Position numbers and translations under genes: made by a program. The notes under the pieces are model-generated. The model was not told the DNA's origin. It did not search any database and saw only the letters and a program-made list of their open reading frames with translations. A DNA stretch of 64,000 bases from positions 1 to 64,000 of the forward strand of contig CAUYUJ010000280.1 in assembly GCA_963575745.1 (NCBI GenBank). Direction: 5' to 3'. The stretch is from Prorocentrum cordatum (taxonomy: Eukaryota). Positions 60,736 through 64,000 of the stretch are shown here, piece after piece (the first letter of the stretch is position 1; the number at the start of each line of letters is the position of its first letter).

Positions 60736-62539
60736 GAGGAGGAGGAGGAGGAGAAGGTGGAGGTAGTACGAGCAGCGCTGATTGGCGCTGCTGGGGGAAC
60801 CAGGTGCTGGGGCCGCTGTTCTCTGGCCCGCCCTCCCTCCTCTCACCCGCCTCCCTTGCGCAGCTCGTCACCGAGGGGAGAGGAGGTGGAGGAGGAGGAG
60901 GAGGAGGAGGAGGAGGAGGAGGAGGGGGAGGAGGAGGAGGAGGAGGAGGAGGAGGAGGAGGGAGGAGGAGGAGGAGGAGGAGGAGGAGGGAGGAGGCGGA
61001 GGGAGGAGAGGAGGAGGAGTGAGGCGGAGGAGCGGAGGAGCATGATGATGAGGAGGAGGAGCAGCAGGAGGAGCAGGAGGAGGAGCAGGAGGAGTAGGAG
61101 GAGGAGGAGGAGGAGGAGGAGGAGGAGGAGGAGGAGAAGGCGGAGGATGAGGAGGAGGAGCAGGAGCAGGAGGAGGAGGAGGAGGAGGAGGAAGAGAAGA
61201 AGGATGATGATGAGGAGGAGGAGGAGGGGACCTGGTGAAGGCGCACGGGCGCTTCTGCGGATCGCGGGCGCTCGAGGCTTCTGCGAAGTGCTTCCTGCGT
61301 TTGGCGGCATTTGCTGCGGTGCTGTCGTCGACATACTGTGTAAGGACGTGGCAGCAGATGGTCGGGGGTTGGGACCTGGCCGAAACCTGGCGTGGCCTCG
61401 CGAGGGCCAGGGCACGTCTTGGTTGAGCGGGCCACCTCTCGTCGGGAGGGGGCTGGGGCGTTCCTCGGAGTTCGATCGCTCCCCGGCCTTCGGCCACGAG
61501 TGTGCCGACGCCCTGGCTGCTGGGACAGCAGAATCAGCGTGGACCGAATTCACACCGGCTCCGATGCCACACGCGGGTAGGAGGGACGCTGCGGCGGCCT
61601 TGGTCCGACGGCGGGCGCGGAGAGCCCTGGGAGCGCCCATCCAGGCCGTGCTGCGGCCCTCGGAGCGCCCCCTCCGCGAGGGGGGCCCTCCTTGACCGAA
61701 GGTGGCTCGGGCTTCGCAGGCCTCCGTTCTTCAGGGGGGTCAGGCAGGGACCATGTTCTCCAAAGAAGTTCCAGTTCAAACCCTACTAATTGGTCTGTTG
61801 GCCCCCCCCTAATTCCGACGTCCCCACCTAGTTCCTGTGGCCACTGACGCAGCTGCTGGGCCGCACGGCCCAGTACGTTATACAGCACAGTGGACTGGAG
61901 TGTGCGCGTGTGGAAAACAGGATCGTCCTCATCGTCATCAGCATCGTCAGCATCACCATGTCAACGCTGGCTGATATTTGTTTGTCGCAGGTGGGATTGA
62001 AATTCGAATCCAGATTCGATGTGCCAGCTGTGCGAGACGCGGTCAGAGGGCCGTAGCCCTGGTGAAGCTTCTTCTTCTTCTGCAGGGCCCAGACTAGTAG
62101 GGGGGAAGGCCCCCCATCCCGATCGCACGCTTCAGTCTTGGATGCGGTTCGGCCTCGCATTCCACGGCACCTCCGGTAAGACTTGCACGACCGACAGCCG
62201 GCGGCTCGCGAAACCGCGCATTCCGACCCCCAAGAGGCGAGTATCACCTCGCCCGAATCCGTGCACGCAGGTGCCCTCACCCCCCGGGGCCTCCGCGAGC
62301 CCTCAAGCTGCAGAAGGGCAGCGGCTCTGCGCTTAGCTCCTGAAGTTGTTCTATATTGCCAGTCCGCTTGGCTTCGTTACCCTTGCTTGAGTCAGCGTAG
62401 TGCACAGTTGCATAGTCCTGCGTCGCCCCCGCGTTCTTCCCCTGCCCCCTCCCGCCTCCCCCTCCTTCCCCTTCCCTCCCCCCCTACCTCAGCCATCCCT
62501 TCCCCTTAGATCAGGGGACAGACATGGAAAGGAACAGGA

Positions 62540-62820
62540 GAACGACGACGACGACGATGACGACGACGACGACGACGACGACGACTGCTACGACGACCAG
62601 CGACCGCGATGGAGATTGCGACGGCGACGACGAACGACGGCGGCGACGACGACGAGCGGCGACGCCAGCGGACGCAGACGCCGACGACGACGCGACGGCG
62701 CTGACGACGACAACGCTCACGACGAATAGCAACCGCGACGGCAACGGCGACGGCGACGGCGGCGACCACGGCGACGACGACGACGACGACGACGAACAGC
62801 GACGAATAGCGACGGTGTTA

Positions 62821-62851
<31 letters not shown>

Positions 62852-63370
62852 ACAGCGACGACGACGACGAACAGCGACGACGACGAACAGCAACGACGAA
62901 CAGCGACGGCGACGGCGACGACGAGTGGCGACGACGACGCACAGGCAGGGCCCGAAGCGACGGCGACGGCGAACGGCGACGGCGACCGCGACGACGAGCG
63001 GCGTCGACGAACGGCGGCGGCAACAACGGCCTGCAGCGACGGCGAACGTCCACGGGCGGCGGCTCCCTCCCCCGAGGCGCCTGCGCGGCCGGGGCGCTGC
63101 TGTCCACGTGCGGGGCCTTCGTGCCGGGCGCCCGCGTGGCGGTAGGAGAGCGGCACGGCTCCCGGCGACGAGGGGGCGACGCGGCGGCGGCGACGGCGGC
63201 GCGCTGGCGGTCGCGGCGGCGGCCGCGGCCGCAGCGGCGGCAGCCAGCGACGGCGGGCGGCGACGGCGGGGGCAACGGCGGCGGCGCTGACGGCGGCGGT
63301 GCCCTTCGGCGGCCTCCGGCGGCCCGTTCAGCGGCGCGGCGGCGACGACGACGTCGGCGACGGCGACGGG
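62540..63370. repeat. Degenerate (GAC/GGC)n trinucleotide region
   Basis: Direct reading. Confidence 0.85.
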
Positions 63371-64000
63371 GCTCTCGAAGCGTTGCGAGGCGTCCCTGGG
63401 GGGCCCTGGCTTGGGGGATCCTGGAAATTTGTCGGGCCTTGGGATAGCTTCTGGCAGCTGCACCTCGTCGAGAGCCGGGGACGCCGGGCTCCCCCTCCGG
63501 GGGGTCCCTAGCTAGAAGGGGGGGGGGCTTAGGAGCTACCCCCCCCTGCCTCCTTTTTCCGGTCACGGGGTAAGCCCGGGCTCTCCTTTTCAAAGGGGGG
63601 GGGAGGGGGGGAGCCGAAACCAAAACCGCCCTATGTGGCACCTAGAACATTTGCATCTGGCACCTCGAATTTGTCCGTTGGCTTCGACGCAGCGAAGCCT
63701 TGAGCCGATGAGGACGCAGCTTTCTTGGACAGAACCCTGGCGATATCTTGGGACCATAGGGGTCATCTTGGAGCCATGAGGATCGCCAGGGCCCCTCTCT
63801 TGGGCCGTCTTGGGGCCATCTTGGGCCGCGATGCCGCGCTGGGGCCGCTGGGGTCATCCCGCCATCTTGGGCTATGCCTGCGGGGGGCCCGGCCCGGGGT
63901 CTCCAGGCAGGTCTCAGAGACTCGCCGCAACGGCGGGGAACGTCAAGGCGCTGGAGGCCAGGACCTGGTCACACTTGGGACCATAATGGTCCCAGGTGTG

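Overview
Eukaryotic, repeat-rich DNA, almost certainly from a dinoflagellate: it has a perfect 22-nt DinoSL spliced-leader sequence, GA/GC 5' splice donors with AG|G acceptors, and very large microsatellites. The backbone is one + strand gene that I reconstruct as six exons over about 45 kb (1222-2004, 18556-18676, 20921-21921, 23983-27471, 33550-34200, 45759-46673; about 2,320 codons). It encodes an apparently unusual tandem fusion: an arch-less Ski2/Mtr4-like SF2 DExH helicase with its DSHCT domain, then a ParB/Srx-like domain, then a Upf1/Sen1-type SF1 helicase, then a C-terminal region of unknown family. The DSHCT-ParB-SF1 part lies in one uninterrupted ORF. Intron 1 holds an 11-kb CACTA/EnSpm(CMC)-like DNA transposon (CCCAG TIRs, 2-bp TSD) with four co-oriented ORFs, each preceded by a decayed spliced-leader-like motif, plus a nested 90-bp satellite element. 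Intron 5 holds a full-length LINE (RanBP2-ZnF ORF1; frameshifted APE-RT-RNase H ORF2) that begins with an intact spliced leader and has an A-rich tail and a 14-bp TSD. The rest is MITEs, tandem repeats, multi-kb GAT/TAG/GAG microsatellites and a 100-N gap. All family assignments are by-eye motif recognition; no searches were run.
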